NCBI GenBank assembly: GCA_008690995.1 | Contig: VRMN01000003.1 | Span: 2,170,001-2,234,000 of the forward strand | DNA length: 64,000 nucleotides | Direction of reading: 5' to 3' | Source of the DNA: Porphyridium purpureum | Taxonomy: Eukaryota | Shown here: in pieces, positions 11,227 through 22,066 of the stretch | Position numbering within the stretch: the stretch's first letter is position 1 | How the letters are laid out: every line of letters begins with the position of its first letter | Notes under the pieces: generated by a model | The model's input: only the letters and a program-made list of their open reading frames with translations | What the model was told of the DNA's origin: nothing | The model's database searches: none | Position numbers and translations under genes: made by a program

Positions 11227-11952
11227 TCACGGCAAGGTGCGAAGAGACGCCAGGAGACCGCGGCAGCTGTCTTCCAGGAGATCCAGCACAAGCTCAAAGC
11301 CGTCCAGGCCAGAGTAGTATGGATCTGGCACGGCCGTGCCGTGGCGCGAAGGGTCGGAGTGAAAGTCCATCATCATGCGCACCTTGCGCGAGGCGAGCTC
11401 CGCGTACTGCTCGCCCCAGTACGCGGCTGCTTCCTTGATGGCAGCCACGTTGCTCGTGTCCATCGCGATGATCACGTCAAACGTCTCCAGGTCCGCGCGG
11501 CTAAGTGGCCGCGACGTCGACGTCAAATGGATGCCGCGCCGCGAGGCCGTCTCCTGCATGCGAGAATCTGCCGCGTCCCCTTCATGGTACGACCAGCCGC
11601 CGTCCTTGTACCAGTTGGGGTTTCCGCCACCAGTCCCGCACGAGTCCACAACGATGCACCCCGCGTCTGCGCCTTCCTTCTCAATCAAGCTTTGCAACAC
11701 TGCCTCTGCCGTGGGAGAACGGCATATGTTGCCCAGACACACCGCTAGCACAGAAAGCTTTCCCGGAGTAGTGCCCGTCATCGGGCCAGTGGAATCACCC
11801 ACGCCGTTCATACGCACCCGACTGACTCGGCACGCGCGGAGCCGATGACCGCTTAAAGAGAGTGGCGGAGAAGAAGCCACACGCATCGGGGAGTCATCGC
11901 ACCGCGAGCCGCGGCCTGCCCACCGATCGTGGAGCGGAATGCTGACAAACAT
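11227..11952 (-). CDS. Low-molecular-weight protein tyrosine phosphatase, transit-peptide-like N-terminus
   Basis: P-loop VCLGNICRSPTAE and VPDPYY motif. ATG 11952 (MFVS...). Confidence 0.93.
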   Translation of the reverse strand: MFVSIPLHDRWAGRGSRCDDSPMRVASSPPLSLSGHRLRACRVSRVRMNGVGDSTGPMTGTTPGKLSVLAVCLGNICRSPTAEAVLQSLIEKEGADAGCIVVDSCGTGGGNPNWYKDGGWSYHEGDAADSRMQETASRRGIHLTSTSRPLSRADLETFDVIIAMDTSNVAAIKEAAAYWGEQYAELASRKVRMMMDFHSDPSRHGTAVPDPYYSGLDGFELVLDLLEDSCRGLLASLRTLP

Positions 11953-12059
11953 GTCACGATTGCGGTGAGCGTTCAGAGGGGAGTGCACTTGTCCTTCAGA
12001 ACGAGGGCAAGCGGTTGATCAGCCAAGAGCGCGCTCAGAGGAGAAAATCATTATCCAGT

Positions 12060-13058
12060 TTAGTTTTCAGACACGTCATTCACGTCCCAGTCGTACGTGG
12101 CAAACACTACTGACGCACCAGCAAGCGCGGCTGCTTCCAAGCGTGAACGTAGCGGTTCCGACTCGTCCAGGTACTTGGCGATGCGAAGCAAGAGAGCCTT
12201 GTCAGACGTGTCTGACCCGGTAAAGTCTGGTCGATACCAATCGAAAATTGAACTCAGCTCGACGCGCGGTGGATGCTCGGCCTTGCTTGTTGCGCACTTT
12301 GCTGAGTCATCTGACGGTCGAATCTTGACGTTCGAGTCATCCAGGATAAACTGCTGTGCCGCGGTACGAAGCTCTGCATCCAGTGACTCTGGTGAGTAGT
12401 ATCGGATCGACGGGCACGACTTTGCCCCGCAGTTCAGCGCAAAGTGAATGCGCTCGTCTGGATCGGAAAGAGCATAGGAGGCACGCGGGTCGCCTTTGCC
12501 GAACGGCGGACGGCTTAGTGGCGCTGCTCCCTTTCTGTTCCCACGAAGCAGTCCATTTTCCAAGTCGTTCACCGAATACGCGTGAGGACCAATGCGATAC
12601 ACGACTTTGTTGTAGAATCTGAGTCTCTGCACGATATTGCTCGGCTGTTTGTGTGCCACAGCGAGTCCATGAATGACCATCGCGTTGTACAAGTTGAGGA
12701 CCAATGCGATAAACTCGCTTCTCTCGAGCGCACCAAGGTCCACATCACGCAGCCTGCGCGCCGCGTGCAAATACTCTTCGAATTGCTTGCTGCTGCGCAA
12801 TGCGACGTAGTCCACACTGCTTCCATCGTCGCTCAAGAACTTTCCGTAAACATTCAGCACCTTGACGCGCAACTCCTTGCTCAGTTCCGTCGCATGGTTG
12901 GCGTTTGCCCTTCGCTGCTCCATCGTCGGCATCTGCCGCTGCTGGGTCCCTGCCGCGAACAGAAACCCAAGAAAAGGTATTGCGGCGCGGTGCTGGCTGT
13001 CGGCATGCTTCCCGGCATCCGCACTCCCGTCCTCATTCAACACGCGCACGCCAGGCAT
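12060..13058 (-). CDS. DUF547-domain protein
   Basis: VDY...NLYNAMVIHG...LENGLLRGN...DERIHFALNCGAKSCP...LSSIFDWY...YDW. Start set at the ATG of MPGV; the upstream part of the ORF is microsatellite. Confidence 0.85.
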   Translation of the reverse strand: MPGVRVLNEDGSADAGKHADSQHRAAIPFLGFLFAAGTQQRQMPTMEQRRANANHATELSKELRVKVLNVYGKFLSDDGSSVDYVALRSSKQFEEYLHAARRLRDVDLGALERSEFIALVLNLYNAMVIHGLAVAHKQPSNIVQRLRFYNKVVYRIGPHAYSVNDLENGLLRGNRKGAAPLSRPPFGKGDPRASYALSDPDERIHFALNCGAKSCPSIRYYSPESLDAELRTAAQQFILDDSNVKIRPSDDSAKCATSKAEHPPRVELSSIFDWYRPDFTGSDTSDKALLLRIAKYLDESEPLRSRLEAAALAGASVVFATYDWDVNDVSEN

Positions 13059-13171
13059 CCCGCTCCTTTTCCGCACCTTGTCCAATACCACTACAGCCCT
13101 CCCAGCCCAGCCACTACCGACCTTGTTTGGATTCCGGAACTCCTTCCTCTCTCTCTGTCCGTCTGTGTTAA

Positions 13172-13237
13172 TGTGTGTATGTCTGTGTATGTGTCTGTGC
13201 GTGTGTCTGTGTGTGTGCCTGTATGTGTGTGTGTGTG
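13172..13237. repeat. Degenerate TG-rich microsatellite
   Basis: tgtgtgtatgtctgtgtatgtgtctgtgcgtgtgtctgtg... Confidence 0.7.
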
Positions 13238-13366
13238 CTTGACCGCTGGTGTCTCCAGCTCGCCCTCGTACCCACTCACTTCCAAAAACGCAAACGCGCA
13301 CATTGACGCTGACTCAGACATGAATTCGCGTTCATTTCTCCCCCACTTCTCCCTGAAGAAAACAAA

Positions 13367-13393
13367 CAACCAACCAACCAACCAACCAACCAA
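13367..13393. repeat. (CCAA)n tetranucleotide microsatellite
   Basis: caaccaaccaaccaaccaaccaaccaa. Confidence 0.8.
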
Positions 13394-13635
13394 AATTACT
13401 CCGTGGAGGTACAGTTCCGCCGCACTGTAATTTAAACGAGTGTACACCTCGAACACCATCCGCTGTACTTATTAGTGTACACTACTTGTCTGCGATGTAT
13501 AGCAACGCACGCGGTTTGTCTAAGCGCGTGTTGATTGGAAGTTTGGGTCCTGTGGAGAGAGCCTGGCGGGAAGTTTGAGTTGCTGGTTTGGAGTGGTGCA
13601 GGGGGGAGGGGAAAGGAGCGCTAGGCGTTGACGCG

Positions 13636-14910
13636 ATGGACGCGAATAAGGAGAGCGCGGAGGGATGTTTAGAGCAGGCAAGGGAATTCCTGGCGCAGGG
13701 AAACCTGCCGCGCGCACGCAGGTTTGCGGAAAAGGCGCGCCACTTGTACCCGTCTCTGCAGGCAGACGCGATGATAATGCGAGTCGAACGTGCCGAGCGC
13801 GGCAGTGATCACGCCGCGGCGGATCCGCAGGACGGCGCACGGGCTGCGAGAGCTGGTGCAGGGGACGCGGCGGCGGGAAATGCTGCGGAAGCAGACAAAC
13901 AGCGTGAACGGCAACGGCAGCGCGACGCGGAAACAGAAACGCCGGCCGCACGATCGTTCACCCCTGAACAGGAGCAGCAGGTGCGCAAGATCCTGGCGGC
14001 AAAGGATCTTTACTCATGTCTTGGAGTCGCGCGCGACTGTGATGAGGCCGAACTGAAGCGCGCATATCGCAGGCTTGCAGTGGTAGTGCATCCGGACAAA
14101 AGCGCCGCGCCCCAAGCGGACGAGGCGTTCAAGCGGCTCAGTCATGCCTTTCAAGTACTCTCCGACAAGGAGAGACGACTCCGGTACGACCAGGTTGGGG
14201 ATGAGCAGGAAGAGCCTAACCGCATGCCTACGATGCGACGCAGGACGCACGGCGGCATGTACCGCACCGCCAACGGCGCCACCTACTTTTCAACCGGCGA
14301 ACTCGACCCAGAAGAGCTGTTCGACATTCTATTTTCTGGTGGGAGCTTTAGACACCGACGCGGCGGTCCAAGCACGGGCTCGGCCGCGGCCGCGTACGGG
14401 GGGCATCATGCGGGCATGCCAGGGCGCGGAGGTGCAGGGGCTACTGCGACAAACGGCATCTTCTTAAGTCTCGCGCAGTTCTTCCTCGTTGTACTGGTGG
14501 TTCTGTTTACGTTTGGATCAATATTCAGTAGTGACGAGCCCGTGTATTCTCTTCAGCAGACTGCAAAGCACACACGCGAGCGTGCCACCGCCGCTGGTGG
14601 TGTGAAATACTTTGTCAGCAGACATTTTGAAAGGGAGCATGCCGACACCCCGAGGAAACTCATGCGCATTGAAAGCAACGTAGATTCGGAGGCGTTGCAA
14701 GACTACGCTTTCAGGTGCTCAAGGGAGCAGGAGAAGCATCGTGAGCTTTTGCACAATTCGCGGAGCTGGTTTGTCAGGGCAGCCGTGAAGCGCCGTTATC
14801 AAAAGCTGGCAGACCAATTCAAATTTACACATTGTGATGCGTACAGCGCGCTCAAGCGCAAGCTAAGTGGAAACTCTGGCAAAGGCTCGCGGAGAGCCGG
14901 ACACACCTAG
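13636..14910 (+). CDS. ER-membrane J-domain co-chaperone (DNAJB12/B14/Hlj1-like, DUF1977-type C-terminus)
   Basis: MDANKESAEGC N-terminus, J-domain with HPD, G/F-rich region, one TM helix, luminal domain with paired Cys. Confidence 0.9.
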   Translation: MDANKESAEGCLEQAREFLAQGNLPRARRFAEKARHLYPSLQADAMIMRVERAERGSDHAAADPQDGARAARAGAGDAAAGNAAEADKQRERQRQRDAETETPAARSFTPEQEQQVRKILAAKDLYSCLGVARDCDEAELKRAYRRLAVVVHPDKSAAPQADEAFKRLSHAFQVLSDKERRLRYDQVGDEQEEPNRMPTMRRRTHGGMYRTANGATYFSTGELDPEELFDILFSGGSFRHRRGGPSTGSAAAAYGGHHAGMPGRGGAGATATNGIFLSLAQFFLVVLVVLFTFGSIFSSDEPVYSLQQTAKHTRERATAAGGVKYFVSRHFEREHADTPRKLMRIESNVDSEALQDYAFRCSREQEKHRELLHNSRSWFVRAAVKRRYQKLADQFKFTHCDAYSALKRKLSGNSGKGSRRAGHT

Positions 14911-15029
14911 TGATCTGTTCCTCTGGGCACAGGGGAATGAGCAACTCGAAATTCGCAGTATAAAATCCAACAACTAGCACAGCGGACGGTCGTTTGAAGG
15001 GCTGCCTTAAGCGTCAGCCCATTTCTCAT

Positions 15030-15662
15030 TTATGGTGGTGACCCGCCGGAAGAAGCGTTTCTCTTGCTGCACAATTGCTGCACTGCTACTCGCGCCTTTG
15101 GAGGCAGCTTGACCGAGCGGTGCAAGGTGCGCATGCCGGCTGGCGACACTTGAGAGTGCGTCTGCTCGTGTCCTTGGTCGTTCTCGAGCGAAGACTTCAA
15201 GGGAGTCTGGTGCTGCGCGGCGCCCTCCTTCGCCTTTGGCACGTGCGCCTCTGGCTCATCATCCTCGAGCTCCCGCAAGCGCCACTTGCGTGCCTCTTCT
15301 GCTTTTGCGTTGCGCTCGGCAACGCGCTTGAGAGCCATTCGCGCCTGCTCGCTGAGTTCGGACGATCGCTTCTTGATAACGCGGCCAGCAAGCCGCCGAC
15401 CCAGTGCCGTTGCGAAGGTGTTCTGAGCACGGGACCCTTGAGCGGGCGCCGGTGTTGGCCCTGACCACGGCCGGTCCGTCGGAAGCACGGCCGCCATCGG
15501 ATTTCTCGCCGCGTCTTCCGCTGCTGGTGCTGCTGCGTATGACATGGGAAGCTGCATCAGACGCGCAGCAGCCTCTTCCGAGCTCGCTGAGCTAGAACTC
15601 CTCTCAGTACTCATCACAATCACACTGCCACGATCATCCGAGCTTCTATAAATATCATTCAT
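15030..15662 (-). CDS. Hypothetical protein (210 aa) with FATALGRRL motif
   Basis: ATG-started ORF with protein-like composition. Shares a short motif with the 16799 and 19650 ORFs. Confidence 0.55.
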   Translation of the reverse strand: MNDIYRSSDDRGSVIVMSTERSSSSASSEEAAARLMQLPMSYAAAPAAEDAARNPMAAVLPTDRPWSGPTPAPAQGSRAQNTFATALGRRLAGRVIKKRSSELSEQARMALKRVAERNAKAEEARKWRLRELEDDEPEAHVPKAKEGAAQHQTPLKSSLENDQGHEQTHSQVSPAGMRTLHRSVKLPPKARVAVQQLCSKRNASSGGSPP

Positions 15663-16798
15663 TCCCTCCTGCGTTCCAATCCCTCGAAAACGCGCCCGAA
15701 CGCGGTTAGCGTGGCCCTCGGTCTTCTCTCTGTGTGTATCTATCTCCGACCCTGAGGTTCTGCTTCATACTCCCCCCTCACAATGCGGCTGCATCTTTCA
15801 CTGCCCCTCACACGTTTTGCTCCAGCTCGATCACCTTTATAAAGCTCTGTATCTCGACGCGTTGGTCGGCACCACACACTCAGCGCGCACGAGTAACCAA
15901 CTTGCGTGCGAGCGCCATGCGCCGTTGGAAACTGCCAGGCGCAGTTCCACCACACTCACACCAACATGACGACATCGCCACCCGGCTTGCAGGACAAGAA
16001 ATTATCCTCATTTTGCCGCGACGCCCCCCTGACGTACGCACGTGCAAGCGTGATGGCAACCCACCTGCGCTGCACCGCCCAACTTGCAACCTTCGCACGA
16101 CGCAACCACCTTGCACGAGTTGCTCACATGCCCACATGCCCGCTCGCTCCACGCCGCTTCGTGGCGGTACAGCTGCGTACTGTTCCAATCCGAAACCTCG
16201 TGCGCTGTACTCACACTGTACTTTGTGACACTGCGGGTGTTCAAGGTGTCCTGTGTGACTGAACACAGGAGGTTCAGCTTGATCGATTTTTTCCTCGGTT
16301 TCGTTTCGCGGGAGCAGCGAGACTGTGTCCGCGCGGGATGAAGTCTGGCTGGGATTCAGCATGATCAGACACGTCATGCGCGCATACGGCGAGCGCGGCG
16401 TTCTCGGACCGTGCAAGAACGTGCTGCTTCACGCGATCCGCGCGCGGCCTTCTGACAAGGAATGGGCTTTGTCCTGGAGCGGCAAAACGTGTCTCACGGC
16501 AGAAACGTGTACGGTTGTTCGCACCGATTTTCTCAAGCGCGCTTATGCTGCCTGTGCGCGCCGTCAAGGATTCGGAAGCATACCACGCTCTGGACGCGGT
16601 ACTTAAAGTGCAGCACTCGAATGTGCGTTACGGAGTCGCAAGCAGAGAAACGAAGGGATAATGACGGGTCGGCGCGTGCAGGTAGAAACGGGTAGCGCTG
16701 AAAGTAGAGCAGGGACGCAAATCGGACCCAAAGCCAGGACATCCACGACATAGACCGTTCAGGGCGTGGGAAAGTAGGCAGGCGCAGCATTGTGGCCA

Positions 16799-17272
16799 AT
16801 GGACGACGAGCACGCCGCAGATGGTGTGTTGCAGGCCGCAACGGAGACGTCGCCGCGTGGCGAGAGACTAAAGAGAGTCGTCAGCTCGCCAAATGTGCGC
16901 CAGTTCGCCAAGGCACTCAGCAGGAAGATGGGTAGCAGGGCCGATGTCCAGCTTGATTCCGATGACGAGGAGGAGGCGTACAATGACCGCGTCACTGCGG
17001 GCGGTGCGCTGCGGCCGCTGAGCTTGGACGGCTTCCGCCACGGATACACGCCCTCGAGCCACGCGGAGGACGAGTGTACGGACTTTGCGGTGCCAAGTGG
17101 TGCCTTGAGGCCATCACGATGGCGTCGAACTCTGGCAAACCTGCTTGGTGGCGGTAAACAAGCCAATGCGTCCAGCAAACCGAGTGCGCCGGGAGGCTTC
17201 TTCATCAGGTCTCCCAGAAATGGCAGAGCTGCAAACGCTGCTACCATCGTGTCTGTCGTCGGTAGTGCCTAA
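16799..17272 (+). CDS. Small orphan protein, paralog of 19650-20237
   Basis: SPRGERLKRVVSSPNVRQFAKALSRK...DSDDEEE aligns with two segments of the 19650 ORF at both protein and DNA level. Confidence 0.7.
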   Translation: MDDEHAADGVLQAATETSPRGERLKRVVSSPNVRQFAKALSRKMGSRADVQLDSDDEEEAYNDRVTAGGALRPLSLDGFRHGYTPSSHAEDECTDFAVPSGALRPSRWRRTLANLLGGGKQANASSKPSAPGGFFIRSPRNGRAANAATIVSVVGSA

Positions 17273-17491
17273 TTATTGACAATTCCTCTTCCGACCGCAT
17301 AATCAAACACATATGTCCTTTGTTGAGTCTCATGTTATGATAAAGTATCCATACAGCCGCTGTGAACTATGGGCTTCCCCGTGAAATGAGAAATCTTACT
17401 CACGCAGCCAAGCTTAAGGTCGCCTGGTCGAACTCAATTTGCTGTTGCAACTGACCCAATCCTTCGGCAAGAAAATGATTCTCAAGCTGAT

Positions 17492-17725
17492 CTACTCAAG
17501 CTCGAACGTCGTCAGAGACGAACGCACGATCTTCTGCCCCATCCGCGTTTGAAAAGACCGGAAACGTTTCACCACCCCAGAATAAGCCGAGCGCTCTGAT
17601 TTACTGGATTCGCGCCGACTGGTCGTGACACGTCCATGCAAATCTGGATGCCAGAACCTCTTTTTTTGCTGCGCGTCGTGCACACAGTCTGCAGCCGAGG
17701 AAGGTAAGCTTACATGTATCTCCAT
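17492..17725 (-). CDS. Possible small protein (77 aa)
   Basis: ATG-started ORF. KRFRSFQTRMGQKIVR loosely resembles the neighbouring motif. Confidence 0.25.
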   Translation of the reverse strand: MEIHVSLPSSAADCVHDAQQKKRFWHPDLHGRVTTSRRESSKSERSAYSGVVKRFRSFQTRMGQKIVRSSLTTFELE

Positions 17726-17813
17726 TTCTCTCTCACGAGACGAACATCACACCGGAGATAGAAGAACGCTTTGAAGGGCGCCGGGAGCTGACGTCGCAAA
17801 CGGGTGCCCGAGT

Positions 17814-18647
17814 ATGCGTCTACATCTGCCGCGCATAAGGTGTGTGCTTGGCGTGGTTCTAGGTGTGATAGTGGTGGTCTTGCTTGTCTTGGCGCTTGCA
17901 CTGTCGCGTGTGCTCGACACTCGCAAACGCGAGCAGCGGCTCGTGTTCATCGACGCAGGAGGTAACACCGGCCAAACCGTGCAATGGTTCGCCGAGGGTG
18001 CGGGGGATATTTTTGGATCTCACCTTCATAGCACTTCTCCCGATCCAAAAGATTACGAAATCTTTGTGTTCGAGCCGAATCCGGTGTTTCGGGCAGACTA
18101 TGACCAGTTGAAAAGACAGGGGCTGAGGTTCACACTCCTTCAAGCCGCAGTCGCGGATGCCGATGGGTACGCGGAATTTAGTGGGCAGGGGCAAGGTGGG
18201 CTCATTTCCGCAGGCGGCGTTTCGAAGGAACGCTCTTCGCCGTCAGCCGTCGATGCAGTGGATTTCTCAAGGTGGATTCGTGAGACCTTTGGTGAACACG
18301 ATTATCTGATTTGCAAAATTGACATTGAAGGAGCCGAAACACCTTTAGTGACGAAAATGATGCGCGACGGCACCGTGTGTCGCTGTAATCGCCTGAGCGT
18401 AGAGTGGCATTCGTGGATTGGGACGCCGACGAACGCACATGAAGCCAACTTTAACTCTGCCCACGCCATGCAGACTGCGTCGGCGCTTCTGGAAGGACAA
18501 AGCATGCGCGCGAACGAAACACTGTCCTGTTCCATACCTCATGCGAAGCGACCACTTCCATTCGATCACTGCCTTCTGCCGCTCGTATTTGCGGCGATTC
18601 GCAGAAGCTGCACGAATGGCGTCGCTCCTCTAGAGAAATGGTGGTGA
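17814..18647 (+). CDS. FkbM-family SAM-dependent methyltransferase with N-terminal membrane anchor
   Basis: FIDAGGNTG, FEPNP, KIDIEGAE and VEWH motifs. Hydrophobic signal-anchor at about aa 10-30. Confidence 0.85.
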   Translation: MRLHLPRIRCVLGVVLGVIVVVLLVLALALSRVLDTRKREQRLVFIDAGGNTGQTVQWFAEGAGDIFGSHLHSTSPDPKDYEIFVFEPNPVFRADYDQLKRQGLRFTLLQAAVADADGYAEFSGQGQGGLISAGGVSKERSSPSAVDAVDFSRWIRETFGEHDYLICKIDIEGAETPLVTKMMRDGTVCRCNRLSVEWHSWIGTPTNAHEANFNSAHAMQTASALLEGQSMRANETLSCSIPHAKRPLPFDHCLLPLVFAAIRRSCTNGVAPLEKWW

Positions 18648-19649
18648 ACTTTTTCAGCTGACGTACAGAGACAATTAGGCTATATGTGCAGAGTAATGCA
18701 GCCTAGATGATGATACTCCTTGGAACGTGAAGATACCAACGAAGCAAACCGCATGATCCTTGCACACTCGTGATCGTTGATTCGAGAACTCGCGAGACGA
18801 CGCGGTCGCGAGGGTCGAGTGAGAGTCATAAAGACTGCGAATGAAATGGCGTAAAAGACTTCTGTGGTAACAGTCGTGGAGGGCGGAAGCCATCGGCGAG
18901 AGAGATAGAACCGCATATGCGGCACGCTGGCGTGTGGAGTCAACGGAGTTTCTCGCACGCCTCGACTGTCCGACCAAGCCCACGCACCGCATGCCGAGGG
19001 TGTACCGCCGTCGACGCTCGATCATCTAGGTACAGTGTCAGCTGTCTCGAGAGCGACACTGTACTCCGGAGGTACACGTGCTATTAATAATTCAAATGTG
19101 CGCGGTCCAGATGGACGCTGACTGATGTGGATCTGTGCAGCGCGCGCGTGGGCAGATGTCGCACACACGCACGCACGCATACATGCACGCCTCGAGAACG
19201 AGTGCTGCATGGACAATGCGCGTAGTGGCAGTAGAACTACGGTGGTCAGGAATGTAAGACAGACGAGAGCTGGAAATAAGCTGGGTAAGCGCGCGACCAC
19301 GTCATGGTCGGTGCTGATTATCGGATTCTACGCGCCACGTATGGCTGGGAGCGCGCTCAAGAATCGTGCGACACAGTGCTGAGATGGAAGAAGCCGCACC
19401 CGTCTGGCTGGAGCAACGTGTAGCGGGCTTTCCATGTCAGTCGAACGTGTCGGATTTAGTCACACAGGTTGATCCGCGGACGGGAAACGTAGCCATTTAA
19501 GGCGGCGGCGCACGCGTTTCGAGCGCCTGGCACGGCTTTTTGTGCGCAAGCAAGAGCCAAGGGAGACGAGAAGCAGGCAAAGAATTTGTATGCTCGCAGA
19601 AGATAAAAAAGGTTGAGAGGGTCACAAGAAGTGGAGCGCAGAGGGAATC

Positions 19650-20237
19650 ATGAAGTCCATGATGTCGACGGACTCGGTGACCTACGTGGTGAATGAAAAT
19701 TTCAATTTTCCTCCCCCGTCGCCGACGTCGCCAACATCGCCCCCGCGCAGCCCGACCCTGAAAAGAATCATCAGTGCGCCGAGCTTGCGCGAATTTGGCA
19801 AGGCCGTGGGCCGCAAGCTGACACGAAAGGACGCAGTTTTCAAGAATGAATCGCCAGAGAACGATGCCTTTCCCAGCCCGTTGTCGTCGCCGGCTTCGCC
19901 GCGTGGCGAAATTATAAAAAGGGTCATGAGTTCGCCCGGCCGCTTTGGCAAAGTGACGAGCCAGGCGTCTCAGAGCAAGGCGATATTCAGATTCGATTCT
20001 GAGGAAGAAAAGCCGGCGAATGATTTTCTTGTCGACCAAGCCCGTCATCGCGCAAGCGAAGACAGTATTCATCCGCAAGGTACTAGTACGTCCAGTGGGC
20101 ACGAACAGAATCAGCCTGACGTGTCCGGGAACAAACAGAGGGTCCGAAGACCGTTTGCCCGTAATGCGAACAGACCATACAGCAAGAGCTTTTTCTCCTT
20201 GTCTGCGACGCACAAGTCGCCGGTTTTCTATGTTTGA
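19650..20237 (+). CDS. Small S/P-rich orphan protein with an internally duplicated KRxxSxP...FGK motif
   Basis: LKRIISAPSLREFGKAVGRKL and IKRVMSSPGRFGKV. Paralogous to the 16799 ORF. Confidence 0.72.
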   Translation: MKSMMSTDSVTYVVNENFNFPPPSPTSPTSPPRSPTLKRIISAPSLREFGKAVGRKLTRKDAVFKNESPENDAFPSPLSSPASPRGEIIKRVMSSPGRFGKVTSQASQSKAIFRFDSEEEKPANDFLVDQARHRASEDSIHPQGTSTSSGHEQNQPDVSGNKQRVRRPFARNANRPYSKSFFSLSATHKSPVFYV

Positions 20238-22066
20238 GCTTGTGTGATTTCCTAGTTCTCTTTCATGGTTATTTGCGCGTAAAGTATCCCTCGTATTATT
20301 TCGTGGCTTCTTCAAGCTGGTGGCATCATACGCCAAAGCCAACTTGTGCGCATGTCCCCTTCCATTCCTTTCAGGACCGGAATTCAAACACGGTATGCGA
20401 CTTGCAGATGCTAGGTGGCCTTGAACGCCTTGTACATTGCGCATGTGTCGTCTGCCAGTACGAATGCGTGAAAACATCGAAGCGCAGGTCGCACATTCAA
20501 AGTCCTGCCGCTTTCTCTGCCCTGCATGTTTGTGGGTTCGTAAACGAGACACCTGAAAAACTGATCGACCTCACGTCTCGCAGGGTACATACTAGGTTGC
20601 CTCGATGAAGTGCATGGATGCGGCGGTGACGATCGCTCGAACGCAAACAGCGAGTACCACCCACAGCGTAAAGCACGCACGCAGCATTGGTCTACAGAGT
20701 CCAGCTTTTGTTTCTCCTCCCTCATACACAGAAGACACACATACCTGCTCTTAAATTGCAGCTGTCCCGGCCATTGAAAGACGCCGTCGAACAGACGAAA
20801 TGGATGGCAGCCGGTCAAAAAGAAAGAAAATCTTGAGCCGGCTCGCGTCGCCGCGTGTATTCTCAAAGCAGACACGGAGCTGTGGGCTATCATAGACGTG
20901 GAAAAGAAGATTTTCAGTGCTAAGAAATATAACGGTACGCCCATGTGCCCTTCTGAGTGGCCGCGCGAGCATGGAGTCACCAATCACTTGTGAAATTTCC
21001 TTCCATTCCAGCGCATCTGCAAGCTCTGCGTCCAATCTATGCGTGCGCGCTTATCGCGGATCAAACACACGTACCAGCGTCACAGCAATGCGCACACAGC
21101 TACTTTCGGTCGAAGAAAGCGAAAGATCTTCACTGCGCGGCACTGCGTGACCATCATTTGGACCATCTACGCTCGAGCGCAATGTGTTCCACTCATACAC
21201 GCACACCTACGTCGTCTTCAACCTCTCGGCAGATTCGCACAGCAGTGCTGCTCGACATCGTCTTCAGCCACCGCGCAAGTGCAACATGACTTCAACACAC
21301 AAAGACTCAGTTCCGCGTCTGCTCACTCGATGAACCGCGGTGGAAGGGGAAAGTCACCAAGCGATCGATCTTCCCCAAATGTCAGGCGCGTGCTCGTTCA
21401 GCGTTCGAAACAACGCGACAATCGATCCCGATTTCATATAAAAACAGCCCTGTTTCATCAGACTCACTTTGCGAGTTATTAAGAAATCGTGGAGGTACAG
21501 TGATGGAGTACAGTAAACGGGGGAACCTTCCTCGTTGCGCAAGGGAAGCGACTGAGAGTTGATGAGGCGGCATCTTTCTTCTGCAACACCGATGGCAAAC
21601 CGTAGCGCTTGTGGTCATTCACAGGGCCCGCTATATACTTCCCCGAAAGCAGAGCACTTCGGAATTTGGTAGACACCGCCATTCGTACCACATCGTATAA
21701 ATTACAGTCTGCGCGCCGAATCCCGCCGCGCACTTCCGATACTGGTGAAAGAATCGCTTCCCGACACGGGTCATCGTCCCTTCACCGTCCTCTAAGATCC
21801 AAACCATTCCCCCCTGACTTTTTCAAGGTTCGTCCTGCCCCTGCTCACCCTCCATCTTGTGTGCCGGATTCGGCGTCGCTCGTGTCCGCGCGCATGGCGA
21901 AAAACGGCCGCGCGCATGGGCGCGCGTCGTGCGCACGCGAATTCGGTGAGCTGCCGGATAAGCAAAGCGCGACGAAGTTCAGAATCGTGAGCAGAAAGGG
22001 TATGGTGGGGATAGGTGTACCGGGTTGTATAAGACAGTGTTGCGCGCGGCGGTCGAGGTGGCAAAC

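Noticed and set aside
13059..13301. His/Thr-rich N-terminal extension of the DUF547 ORF
   Set aside because: Translation of a TG/CA microsatellite from a non-ATG start; probably UTR.
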